From: Octopus bimaculoides
Taxonomy: Eukaryota
NCBI RefSeq assembly: GCF_001194135.2
Contig: NC_068981.1
Coordinates: forward strand, 181,904,240-181,955,126
Length of the DNA: 50,887 nucleotides
Direction: 5' to 3'
Shown piece by piece: positions 38,001 through 47,489 of the stretch. The notes beneath the pieces were generated by a model. It saw only the letters and a program-made list of their open reading frames with translations, did not search any database and had not been told where the DNA came from. Position 1 is the first letter of the stretch; each line of letters starts with the position of its first letter. Made by a program: the position numbers and the translations under genes.

Positions 38001-39208
38001 GTCATTATAGTATAATGTGTTTGTATGTATAATCTAATGATTTTATTCACCTTTAACTGTTTAATACATGTTTTATATGTTTTTTGTTGTAGAATTGTAT
38101 ATAGTACATTGTTCTTGGCTCATCCAATTGTTGGTTTCTGTCCTGGCTGGTATATATATAATGGCTTGCTGCTTACACTTCAGTTTCTCCATATAAAATG
38201 GTTTCTTATAATATGTCGGGTTGCTGTTTATGCTATCAGAACTGGAAAAGTAAGTATCATTTTATTTATGGATAGTTTTTATGTAAATTATCATTTTCCT
38301 ATTGAGAGGGATGACTGTGGCCATGCCGGAGTACCACCTTTAGTCGAGCAAATCGACCCCCGGACTTATTCTTGTAGAAGCCTAGTACTTATTCTATCAG
38401 TTCTTTTGCCGAACTGCCAAGTTACGGGGCTGTAAACACACCAGCATTGGTTGTCAAGTGATGTTGGGGGTACAAACACACACATACATATATATATATA
38501 TACATACATATATACGACGGGCTTCTTTCAGTTTCTGTCCACCAAATCCACTCAAGGCTTTGGTCGGCCCGAGGTTATAGTAGAAGACACTTGCCCAAGG
38601 TGGCGCGCAGTGGGACTGAACCCGGANNNNNNNNNNTGTAAACACACCAGCATTGGTTGTCAAGTGATGTTGGGGGTACAAACACACACATACATATATA
38701 TATATATACATACATATATACGACGGGCTTCTTTCAGTTTCTGTCCACCAAATCCACTCAAGGCTTTGGTCGGCCCGAGGTTATAGTAGAAGACACTTGC
38801 CCAAGGTGGCGCGCAGTGGGACTGAACCCGGAACCATGTGGTTCATAAACAAGCTACTTACCACACAGCCATCACAGAGAGAGGGAGGGCACATGGTTTA
38901 GTGGTTAGATCATAAATGTCGAGGGTTCAATTCCTAGTGACACGTTGTGTCCTTGAGCGAGACACTTTATTTCCACATTGCTCTAATTCACTAAGCTGAC
39001 AAAAATGAATAGTATCTGTATTTCAAAGGGCCAGCCTTGTTGCATCCTGTATCACATTGAATCTCCGAGAACTGTCATGGGTACACACGTGTCTGTGGAG
39101 TGCTCAGCCATTTGCATGTTAATTTCACGAGCAGGCTGTTCTGTTGATCAGATCAGCTGGAACCCTTGTCGTCGCCATAAGCAACAGTGTCACTTAGCTG
39201 TGCGTGTT

Positions 39209-39244
<36 letters not shown>

Positions 39245-42153
39245 CATACATACATACATATGAAGTTAGGTGCAGACATAGTTGTGTGGTTAAGAAGATT
39301 GCTTCTCAACTGTGATCTTGAGTTCAGTCTCACTGCATGGCACCTTGGGTGAGCATCTTTTCTTGTGGGTGGATTTGTTACACAGAAATTGTAAGAAGCC
39401 AGTTGTGTGTGTACACCCTTGTCATGGACATTACATGATGGCTGTAAATGTGCATGTCCATCATGCAAGTAATGTCATGTGTTTTTAGTCTTCCATGAAA
39501 AACATGCCTGACCGTGGCAAACAAATGAGGGTTGGTGACAGCAAGGGCTACAAGCTGTAGAAATTATGCCAAAACAAAGACAGGTGAATGAGGCATGTTC
39601 CAATGGGAGGGAATGGTGGGTAGTAATTGTTCATCTGTTTGCCTATCTTTCTTTCAATAATATTCAGCGGCAAAAGATGTAAACTAGTATATCAGAACAA
39701 AAATGTGTTGTGATATTTACTCCACCCAAGTTGCACAAACACTCCATTGTCACTCTCACCTATAGAATTAGTGATCAGATTGTTTGGAAACCTCTAAACC
39801 AATGATGTTATTGTTCACAGAATGCAATATATAGCTAAAACAATCTCACAGAGATGCGTGCTCACAAAGATGGCTAAAAGCCAAATATTGAAAGTAAATA
39901 ATAGTCGGTGTTCTGATGATATACATCTGACTAATCCATTGAAATGAACAAAACAAAAAAACAACCCCAACAATTGTGTCAGGAAATTGAAGAATATAAC
40001 ATGAACAAAGAAGCATATTTTGAGGATAATTCATATTGTTTTGGATTTTCAGTTCATATTGTTTCAGATTTTTTTTGATTTCTCTGCCTCCAACATCAAT
40101 AGTACCGATCATGGTGGTTATCTGGTTTGGTTCAATTAAGGAAAAAAAAAAAAAAGAAAATCTGTGCAATTTTTTCTTGTAGCCCTAAAAACACAAAATA
40201 GATCTATATACTTTGATAAACTCACTAGAACCTTTATTGATTGTACTGCAGTTTTAAACTTTATAATCTTTGAGTAAAAGAGGTGGAGGTGTGGTTCATA
40301 GTCACAGGCAGACATTTCTCTGTGTCTCAGGTTCAGTTCCACTGTGTGGCACCCTTGGGCCAGTGTATTCTAATATAACACCAGGCTGACCAAAGTTTTG
40401 TAAGTGAATGTGGTAGATGGAAACTGTGTGGAAGCCTGATGTGTGCCCTTGTCTTAACATAATGTTATGATTGCAAAGAAGCATCACTGCCAAACAAGCA
40501 ATGTTTGTTTCCAGTCTTCCATGAAATGTGCTGCCATGGGGAAATATTAATTGATATTTGTAGAAAATTAGCAGAAAACTTTATTCTCCAGTTTTATTCA
40601 TCTGCAATGGTCTGCTATTTCAAATGAAACTACGAATACAAATTTGAATAAAGAAAACCATATTCTCTGTGATAAGCTTTGTCAAAAATTATAAATTTTA
40701 TAAGATTTTTAACTATAGAAGACTGAATAAAACATTGACTAATATGGCAGCTACATTTAAGTGTGATATGTGAATGGAGGGAGCTGCAGATGGAGGAAAT
40801 GTTAAGTTGGATCTTGGAAATGGCATGAAGGTGGAAGTTCATATAAAGATTTTGTTATCTAAGGAGATATGTTAAATGACATCAATGGATCAGACTTGAC
40901 AAGGATAACCAGACTGGGATCATCTTCATCATTGAACGTCCATTTTCCACACTGGCATGGGTTGGACGATTTGACAGGATTTTAAGATTGGCACACCAAC
41001 CATTTTACAGAATGTACTGAGTTCTTTTTACATGGCACCATCACCAATGTTTTTTATGTGGCATCAGCCCCAGTATCAATTCTGCTGTGCTGAATGGGTT
41101 TTCTTGAGTTTGGCAAGGTGCCAGATATCTCTGTCCTTTGTACATGGAGATGTACATAAAAAACAGTCAATGAACTGAATGGCATGGTAATGAGGAAGGA
41201 AGTGTCTCTGAAAATGAAGAAAAAGATGTCTTCTGCATGCGTGAGAGCTTTGCTGTGAGAGTGAGGCATGGGTAATGAACATGGAGCTGTAGAGGAGGCT
41301 GGTGAGTTGGAAATGATAGAAATGAACAATGGTATGGAGGGAATAATGGGGACAGGGCTGATGCTGGATGTTGTTGGGAGGAGAAATGAGATGAAATAAT
41401 TAGGTTGTGTGCTGAGGAAGGATGACAATATTAGTGTGAAAGGAGTGATGGAAATGTGGTAGGAAGTAGAGGACAGGGAAGACCAAAAAAGACATGGCTA
41501 AAGTTGATAGAAAAGAAACTGAAAGCAAGGGGTTTGATTTAGGGGAAACTGGAGAAAACTGTCATCTGGCTCCACAAAGTTCACCTCTGTTCTAGCCAGA
41601 AAAATGGTCTTGAAATAGTTGTTGTTTGTCTTGTTCACTAGACTTACTATATACAGTGAATGAAATGTATTATGTTCCAGTTAGTGAATGATTGCTCCAA
41701 ATAGTAAGGTATGAGAAGCAGATTATCATTAATCCTGTTACATCATATTCCCATTATTGCAGAAATAGGTTAAACATCATCACTGTTGGATTTCTGGTAA
41801 AGTGGTAAAGAACAACACACAGGAAAAGATGTGACTGATTCTGTTCATTAGTTTGCATGTAATTGTTACTCTTGAGCAGTACAGGCAACTATTTTTTTGA
41901 TCAGGAGCCAAGGTGGAGGGGAAAGACACAAAGGCCCAGGTCTGAGAGGGTTAAAACAAATATGGAGATAGTAGCAATACTTGTTACTGAATATTTACAG
42001 ATATTCAGTGAAATATTTCTTTGCAAATGCACTGAATAATGAGAAACTTGCTTTTTTTCTTTCTTCCAACAGACAGAAGATCTGCGGAGTGAGACAGAGG
42101 AAAATGTCAGTGATGATGATAACCATGTTCCTGTTACTCAGAAGTCTGGCTGA
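15302..42153 (+). CDS. CERS5/6-like: Ceramide synthase (CerS/LASS, Hox-like + TLC domain), 5'-partial. join(15302..15408,19827..19884,21402..21452,29271..29363,29970..30098,35815..35921,38093..38249,42073..42153)
   Basis: All eight exons have canonical AG/GT boundaries with compatible phases and total 783 nt. Translation: [260 protein letters not shown]. Lag1p motif (RKDF..HH...HD..D..E.AK..Y) is intact. Confidence 0.97.
16352..16670 (+). mobile_element. SINE family E (tRNA-like head)
   Basis: gctcagtggttaggg..ttgattcctgg..gtccttgagcaagacactttattt..tgctccagtccatttagctg; homologous to 38886-39190. Confidence 0.8.
17075..17285 (+). mobile_element. SINE family C, degenerate copy
   Basis: ttaggaagggaatccagctgtaaaaatcctgccaaatcaga...ggaaaatggatgttaaatgatgatgatg. 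Confidence 0.8.
17330..18680 (-). mobile_element. RTE-clade LINE remnants (AP endonuclease and RT C-terminus), internally deleted
   Basis: [25 protein letters not shown] (18442-18663), [12 protein letters not shown] (17991-18230), [16 protein letters not shown]...[36 protein letters not shown] (17400-17720). Confidence 0.85.
19200..19425 (+). mobile_element. SINE family B
   Basis: aaggtggcgagctggcagaatcattagc..gttctgagttccaattctgccgaggttgactttacctttcatcc..cccaaaatttcaggtcttgt. Confidence 0.82.
19827..19884 (+). CDS. CERS5/6-like: CerS exon (58 nt)
   Basis: ttctttcttag acceptor, gtaagt donor; [19 protein letters not shown]. Confidence 0.95.
20575..21283 (-). mobile_element. Degenerate mariner transposon 5' part (TIR plus transposase N-half)
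   Basis: Minus strand begins tagaagagttatactgaaagtaatgc (mariner-like TIR); residual [32 protein letters not shown] and [18 protein letters not shown]. Confidence 0.7.
21402..21452 (+). CDS. CERS5/6-like: CerS exon (51 nt)
   Basis: ttcctttgtag acceptor, gtaaga donor; [17 protein letters not shown] (family motif PW.W....CW.GYP.Q). Confidence 0.95.
21628..22025 (+). mobile_element. SINE family A head joined to an alternative 3' body
   Basis: gcagatgtggttgtgtggcaag...gtagacaaaaactaaaagaagcc then catgtctggccttggggaaatattacc..gacaggaaaggtatccagcc; similar arrangement at 39268-39570 and 40295-40555. Confidence 0.7.
22235..22472. mobile_element. piggyBac-like MITE
   Basis: tcaacctttaactgcagaatt ... 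aattctgcagtaaaagggttga inverted pair. Confidence 0.6.
23037..23147. repeat. Short palindromic element, copy 2 (111 bp)
   Basis: 52-nt arms with 5 mismatches around a 7-nt loop tgcttag. Confidence 0.85.
24070..24292 (+). mobile_element. SINE family A head running into microsatellite and assembly gap
   Basis: tgtgtggtaataagttagc..ggttccgggttcagtccc..ttggtagacagaaactgaaagaaaccc. Confidence 0.8.
25000..25625 (+). mobile_element. SINE A split by a family C SINE (about 25190-25400)
   Basis: A head at 25000-25160, C body with (GAT)n tail, then A 3' body at 25430-25625. Confidence 0.7.
26004..26300 (-). mobile_element. SINE family C, young longer copy
   Basis: atcatcatcattgtttaacgtctgctttccatgctagc..aaccactccgagagtgtagtgggtgctttttacgtgccaccggc. 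Confidence 0.88.
26746..26818 (+). pseudogene. Initiator tRNA-Met (CAT) pseudogene
   Basis: agcagagtggcgcagttgaagtgtaatgggctcataacactggggttctgtagatcgaaaccacactctgcaa aligns end to end to eukaryotic tRNA-iMet (A1, CAT anticodon, ATCGAAA T-loop) with broken acceptor and anticodon stems. Confidence 0.85.
28277..28500. mobile_element. TTAA-type MITE (homolog of 14325-14552)
   Basis: Ends ctgaatgctaaagggttaa; shared internal body. Confidence 0.7.
29271..29363 (+). CDS. CERS5/6-like: CerS exon (93 nt)
   Basis: atcttttcag acceptor, gtaaaa donor; [31 protein letters not shown]. Confidence 0.95.
29762..29876 (-). mobile_element. SINE family C 3' fragment, about 90 nt upstream of the Lag1p exon
   Basis: atcatcatcatcgtttaacgtccgctttccatgctagcatgggttggacgatttgactgaggactgg. 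Confidence 0.88.
29970..30098 (+). CDS. CERS5/6-like: CerS exon carrying Lag1p catalytic His-His and His-Asp (129 nt)
   Basis: tatttacag acceptor, gtaagt donor; [11 protein letters not shown]...[18 protein letters not shown]. Confidence 0.97.
30994..31693. mobile_element. Foldback element with about 150-bp terminal inverted repeats
   Basis: ttcttcatgcagtattaatttcagtat..gaaattatg..tgtatattcacaaat..aaataaagaaagctag.tcatca..caccagaaca.cat mirrored at about 31535-31693. Confidence 0.8.
31945..32115 (-). mobile_element. SINE family A head, young copy
   Basis: acgggcttctttcagtttccgtctaccaaatccactcacaaggctttggtcggcc..ccacacagccactcctgc. Confidence 0.88.
32515..32710 (+). mobile_element. SINE family B
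   Basis: aaaatgcttagcagcatttc..gttctgagttcaaatg..gactttgcctttc..aataagtaccagttaagcactgggg. Confidence 0.78.
33176..34130 (-). mobile_element. Mariner transposon (DD34D-type) with disrupted transposase; 5' end lost in gap
   Basis: TIR tattgggttggcaactaagt at 33176; minus-strand [81 protein letters not shown]. Confidence 0.92.
35480..35705 (+). mobile_element. SINE family B
   Basis: ggtgagctggcagga..ttctgagtacaaattctgcc..gaccttgcctttcatcc..cctcctaaaattgctggcc. Confidence 0.75.
35815..35921 (+). CDS. CERS5/6-like: CerS exon (107 nt)
   Basis: tcttttcttcacag acceptor, gtaagt donor; [35 protein letters not shown]. Confidence 0.95.
38093..38249 (+). CDS. CERS5/6-like: CerS exon (157 nt)
   Basis: tttttgttgtag acceptor, gtaagt donor; [52 protein letters not shown]. 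Confidence 0.95.
38318..38870 (-). mobile_element. SINE family A, young near-full-length copy (internal segment artefactually duplicated)
   Basis: gactgtggccatgccggagtaccacctttagtcgagcaaatcgacc..gacgggcttctttcagttt..ccacacagcc. Confidence 0.88.
38886..39190 (+). mobile_element. SINE family E
   Basis: ggcacatggtttagtggttag..ggttcaattcctag..gtccttgagcgagacactttattt..ttaatttcacgagcaggctgttc. Confidence 0.8.
41190..41625 (+). mobile_element. RTE-clade LINE 3' end, degenerate
   Basis: [13 protein letters not shown]..., [32 protein letters not shown]; homologous to 8030-8480. Confidence 0.75.
42073..42153 (+). CDS. CERS5/6-like: CerS terminal coding exon (acidic tail)
   Basis: ttcttccaacag acceptor; [29 protein letters not shown] matches the CerS D.RSD.E plus acidic Ser tail. 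Confidence 0.9.
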   Translation, partial: TEDLRSETEENVSDDDNHVPVTQKSG

Positions 42154-42816
42154 AAGCTTACTACAACAGAACCACCTCCTAAAAACTTTAAAATTTGCCA
42201 TTCTCATTTCTGTCATTACCTCTTCAACCACCACCTTTACTGCAATTCCTGGCCAACCTTTACTAATTCTAACATTCACCCAATTTCTCTTATAACTTGA
42301 TTACCTTGAAACCTTTTTTCTTTCTTTCTTTTTTTTTAACATTCTTTCTTTCACCTAATACTAAATTTTACCCACCATCACTATCTATGTTGGTAGTGTT
42401 TGAAATACTCATCTAGTCTTTAAATCAGTATTAGGTAACAGGCCAGTGCTGTTTGCTACACAGTTAGTTATAAAAAAAAAGTTTGATTTCAATAGTATGC
42501 TTTTTTTAAATTCTTAAATTGAGTATTTCGATTATTTAACTAAACACTTTATTTGATTATAATTATATATCATGAAGAAATTTTTTTTTCTTTTTCTTTT
42601 CAAAATTTGAGAGAACAATAATACAAGAATATTTCTTCATTTGAGTGTTTGCATTGTTTTTGTTTTGAAAGATGGCAGAATTTGATTTGAATATCTAATA
42701 TTAATAGCATATTGTATTGTAGATAAGTATTCACAATGTTTATGCTATTGGAGTGCCATGTTAAAAACAGCTACGTTATTGTGTGTTGGTATACATGTGC
42801 ATATGTGTCTGTGAGA

Positions 42817-42822
42817 AATAAA
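42817..42822 (+). promoter_or_regulatory. Candidate polyadenylation signal for CerS
   Basis: AATAAA about 660 nt after the stop, followed by a GT/T-rich tract near 42860-42890; not unique in AT-rich DNA. Confidence 0.3.
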
Positions 42823-42891
42823 CTTTGAGCTTAAAATCCAAACTGAAAATCATATATGCATAATTGTGTTCTTTCTAAACTGTTTTGTTAC

Positions 42892-42939
<48 letters not shown>

Positions 42940-44317
42940 ATACATATATAACATATATATATATAGCTAGCTCTGCTTATAGTACCTTCTGTTTGTAGTA
43001 TTTAAATCTTTTGTCATGTTACATAGTCTTACATAGTCACTAAGGTACTGGGAACAATGATTTAAATCAATTGAATTCAACCAGAACTGCTTCAACAATA
43101 GAAAAATATGGTAGGATGCATTAAATGTCTCTCATAGAATTTAAACTCTTCAATAGTTATGATGTGACAAAAAGATTTTGTAATAATAGTTACTGTTAAG
43201 CCAACAAATCAAGAGGTTTGTAAGGACATCAACTCAGATTTGCAATATCCAAAAGGTTTTCACTAAAATGCTAATACCATTGCTAATGCCAGCCACATTC
43301 ATGGCATTTTTCATCACTGACACCACTAACTCTCTTGAGTATGGCACTGAATAAATGTTGGCTTCTTTTGAAGATTCTCTCTAGATTTACAACCATTTTC
43401 CTCATTTAGCTTGTTGCTTTTTGTTCCCTCTTAGACTTTGGTTTGTGTTTCTGTCTAAAAATGACACATTACTACTCTCCACCCAGCTTGCATTCATGCT
43501 ACTGCTGCTATAAGTAATTTGCTAACTCATTCATTATCCTGGACAAGTTCTCTCTGCTTTTGCTTTTTTTTTTTTTTAATAATTTTTTTTCTTTCTCCAA
43601 TAACAACATACTGTGACTTTCCTCCAAAACTTAATCTTTGATCGCAGCAGAGATGCTTAGTAACATAAACGACTTTGTCTAACTCAGCAGATTCCTGATA
43701 ACAGCATTACTTCCTTTTCACATGACCAGCAACCAGCCATTATGCATTCATCCACCAACAACTGAGGTGCTACAAGGTGATGTTCAATGAAGAATGTTAT
43801 TTTGTCTCAAACCCCTTTTGCGTTATGTGTGGTTCTGTATGCATGTTCATGTGCACATATGCACATACACACACACACACACAACTTGCCCACTCAGATG
43901 TATGTACACTTACACACATACATAGAACGAAGGTTCTAAAACTGGTCTTTTCCATGTTAAATGTGGTTTAAACTTTTCTGAAAAATTTTCTCCATCTAAT
44001 CCTATAATTTTTTTTTTTTTTCTCCTCTAAAATAACTTTACCAAAAATATCCTTTCAATATTTTTCTGAAATATTAGAAATTCTATCTTGCTTGAATCTT
44101 TTGTACTTTAATACATGGTTTAACATTTAAAAAAGCTCTCATTTAAAATGGGTAAGGATTTGAGAAAATTGCTGTTAATTTTTCTCAAAGAAATTACTAA
44201 ATTTTTTTTCTGATGTTTTGCCATTATTTATTTATATCTTTGTTTTTAGATTAATGAATTATTATTATTATTATCATTATATTATTATTATCATCATTAT
44301 TATTATTATTATTATTA

Positions 44318-44735
44318 TGGTGAGCTGGTAGAATCAGTGTGTCGGACAAAATGCTTCACAGCATTTCTTCTGGCTTCACGTTCTGAGTTCAAATTCCGCA
44401 GAGGCCGACTTTACTATTTCGGGGTCAACAAAATTAGAACCAGTTAAGCACTGGGGTTGATGTAATCAACTAACCCCTCCCCCAAAATTTCAGACTTTGT
44501 GTCTAGAGTATAAAGTGTTATTAGGTGGTAGGTTAGCAGAACTGTTTGAGTGTCAGAAAAAACTACTTTGCAGTATTTTTCCTAGTTCTTTACATTCTGA
44601 GTTTTGATCCTACCAAGGTCAACTTTGCCTTTCATCCTTTCACGGCCGATAAAATAAAGTACCAGTCAAGTACTGGGGTTGATATCATTGACTAACTCTG
44701 TTCCCCAAACTTGCTGGCCTTGTGCCAAAATTAGG
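44318..44735 (+). mobile_element. Two tandem SINE family B copies after an (ATT)n tract
   Basis: ggtgagctggtagaatc.. at 44318 and ggtggtaggttagcagaac.. at 44524. Confidence 0.75.
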
Positions 44736-47489
44736 AAGAAGTAATATTATAATTATTATTCATCTTGTGGGGGTAAAAGAAATAAACCACCAGCTAATTT
44801 CTGGGGTTGATATAATCAACAAATGTGCCCTCTCCCAAAATTTGACCATGTGCCAGTGTTAATCCTTATTAATTCTGCCATCTTTGAATGAAACAAAAAC
44901 TTAAACTGAAGACAGCTACTGCTNNNNNNNNNNNNNNNNNNNNNNNNNNNNNNNNNNNNNNNNNNNNNNNNNNNNNNNNNNNNNNNNNNNNNNNNNNNNN
45001 NNNNNNNNNNNNNNNNNNNNNNNNNNNNNNNNNNNNNNNNNNNNNNNNNNNNNNNNNNNNNNNNNNNNNNNNNNNNNNNNNNNNNNNNNNNNNAGCTTTT
45101 CTGTATATCTTTTTTCCATAAAGAAAATTTTTTTTTTTTTACAAAAAGAAAATGAATTAAAATTTTCTAAATATTTTCAATTACTCTTGGAATTTAAATC
45201 TCAAAAAACATTTCACTAACATTTTATCAGTCTTTAAAAAATAACCCAAGTCTAGACAAAGATGCTAGTCTGACAGTGAAAAGAAAAAAATATTCTTTAA
45301 AAATATACTCTTTAAAAAAGAAATTAGGATTATATTTGCATACATTAAATCCGGGTATGTTTCCCCGTATCAATATTGTTGACTAATAAAGTCTGTTAAA
45401 TTAATATTTTACTACATTTATCTCACAATCTGCAACCACTTTACCAAATTCCACACCATTGAGAAACTCCTCTTCATTTGATAGACTTGGCAAATACTTT
45501 ATGTAAACTTGTTATATTATTTATATTCTATTTTATTATTCTAAATGGAAGCATTTTGAAAATCCACTGATTTAAAAACTGATAACATTTGAAGAAAGTT
45601 CACAATCGAAAGTTTAACATTTCTCTAACAGAATTCAACAAGTTGATGACTTAAGCCTTACTTTTATTACAGTAATTATTTTGTGAAAAATCTATATTCT
45701 GAAACTTCCTGATTTATTGATACAACATAAAAAATGTATACAATTAATCTTATAGGAGACCATTTCATGTTAGTGTCCAAATTTTCTTGTTTTTTGTTCT
45801 TGAATGTCTGCTGACATTTATGATAGCTATTATTAGGGTCCATTTCCTGCCCCCATTTTTACAGATTTTTCCTTCATAGTTTTCTACAGAAATTTTCATT
45901 AAAACAACTTGTTTAATTTATAAACAGCTATCATATCTTTTTTCATAGAAAACCTTTTGTATTAGTTGAAAACAAAAGCCTTGCCTGAAATTGCCTATAC
46001 ACATTCAAGTTTTCCATGGACATGCTGCCTTTGTACATGAAGTGTAGTTGCTCTTGAAATTACTTATATGCCTAATTAGCTTCATTAAGTTGCAATACTG
46101 TCAAATTTATTTTCTGAAAAAAAAAAAAAAAGATAAGAATTTGTTGCTAGTTTATTTTGTCCAATGACCAATGGTAGTAGACCTGTTTGTCCAATGGTTA
46201 CCAGATTGTCAGAAAACTGTACCCTTCTTAATACTACTTGGCTTGTTTAGTTTTCTTTGTAGAAGTTCTCTGGAGTTGTTGTTTTTTTTTTCTCCATTCC
46301 CTCTTCCCACTCCCTCCTCTCTCTCTCTCTCTCTTCCTATTGTTTAACTAGCAGAGCAATCAGTGTTCAAATGATTATTTCACAGCTTTTCATCACATCC
46401 TTCCATTTTTCTCCATTATCACAAATGGATTAACTGACAATTATATAAATTCAACATTATTTTTTTTACTAAGTCCATTTTGCTACCATTTCTTTCACAG
46501 AAAACCAAACCCATCTTGCACATTACTGAGATCTTTAATGAAACCATTCTATATTCCTTTAATAAGCACCTAATGACATGGGATGGAGAATATTCATTTC
46601 TTCATTTAAATGAAGACACTCTGTGTCGGATGTTGTCATTAGTATATTTTGCCACTTTTCTATTTAATACCTTAAACATACATCAATGCACACAGTACTG
46701 TGCAAAGACAGATTAATAATAGTTAATTATTCAAACTGAGTTTTGCCTATAACTTGACTTCTTCCACTGCATGGTGGCCACTTATGATAGCAATACACAC
46801 TCAACTGATGTTAATTTCTGTGTTATGTGCAAATTAACATCTTTCCAGGCGCACTAATATGTACAGGTGCAGACGTGCCCTGACATATATATTCTTTTCA
46901 GGTTTTGTGACGTTTCGTAACTTGTCACAAAATCCATGGTGGAGAATCATGTCTAACTGGGCAGGGGTCCATGTGATTTATTTATTCCTCATACGAAGAA
47001 AGTATAAATAAAAGGTATTTGTTTGTATACTCTGTTCACATATCAGTACTTGCAGATATATGTATATTTGGCCATCCTCAAAGTAAATACATACATTCAC
47101 CTACAACTGACTAGACACTGATATTACATTATGTATGTGTGTGTATGTGGAGTTCAATTTATGCTTCCTTCAATTCATATATTTTGTCTAATTTGAATGT
47201 ATTTTGAATTAAATAGAATTGTGCATAACATACTGGATCCCTTGCTGACTGCTGCCAATTTGTCAGTTGGAAAGGAGATTATTTTGCAAATAAATCTTAT
47301 TGTAATTTATTGAAATAAAGAAAGTATTTGTAGGAGAATTTCTCTATGAAAGTGTTTTGTTATCTTTAACAAATATAATTGTTTGCATGTTTTGTATTTC
47401 TCTCTACAAATTCTATTATCAAGCTTTTTCTATGCATCTGTATTTCAAATTGATCTATTTTATTTAATGACCATCCATACAGCTTTTGT

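Noticed and set aside
38431-38832. Exact 196-bp tandem duplication (38431-38626 = 38637-38832)
   Set aside because: The copies are identical and separated by a 10-N gap, the signature of an unmerged contig overlap rather than biology
46903-46932. Minus-strand gtgacaagttacgaaacgtcac as a second hammerhead
   Set aside because: C3 and G8 of the core are absent and stem II is only 1 bp; better explained as a simple hairpin
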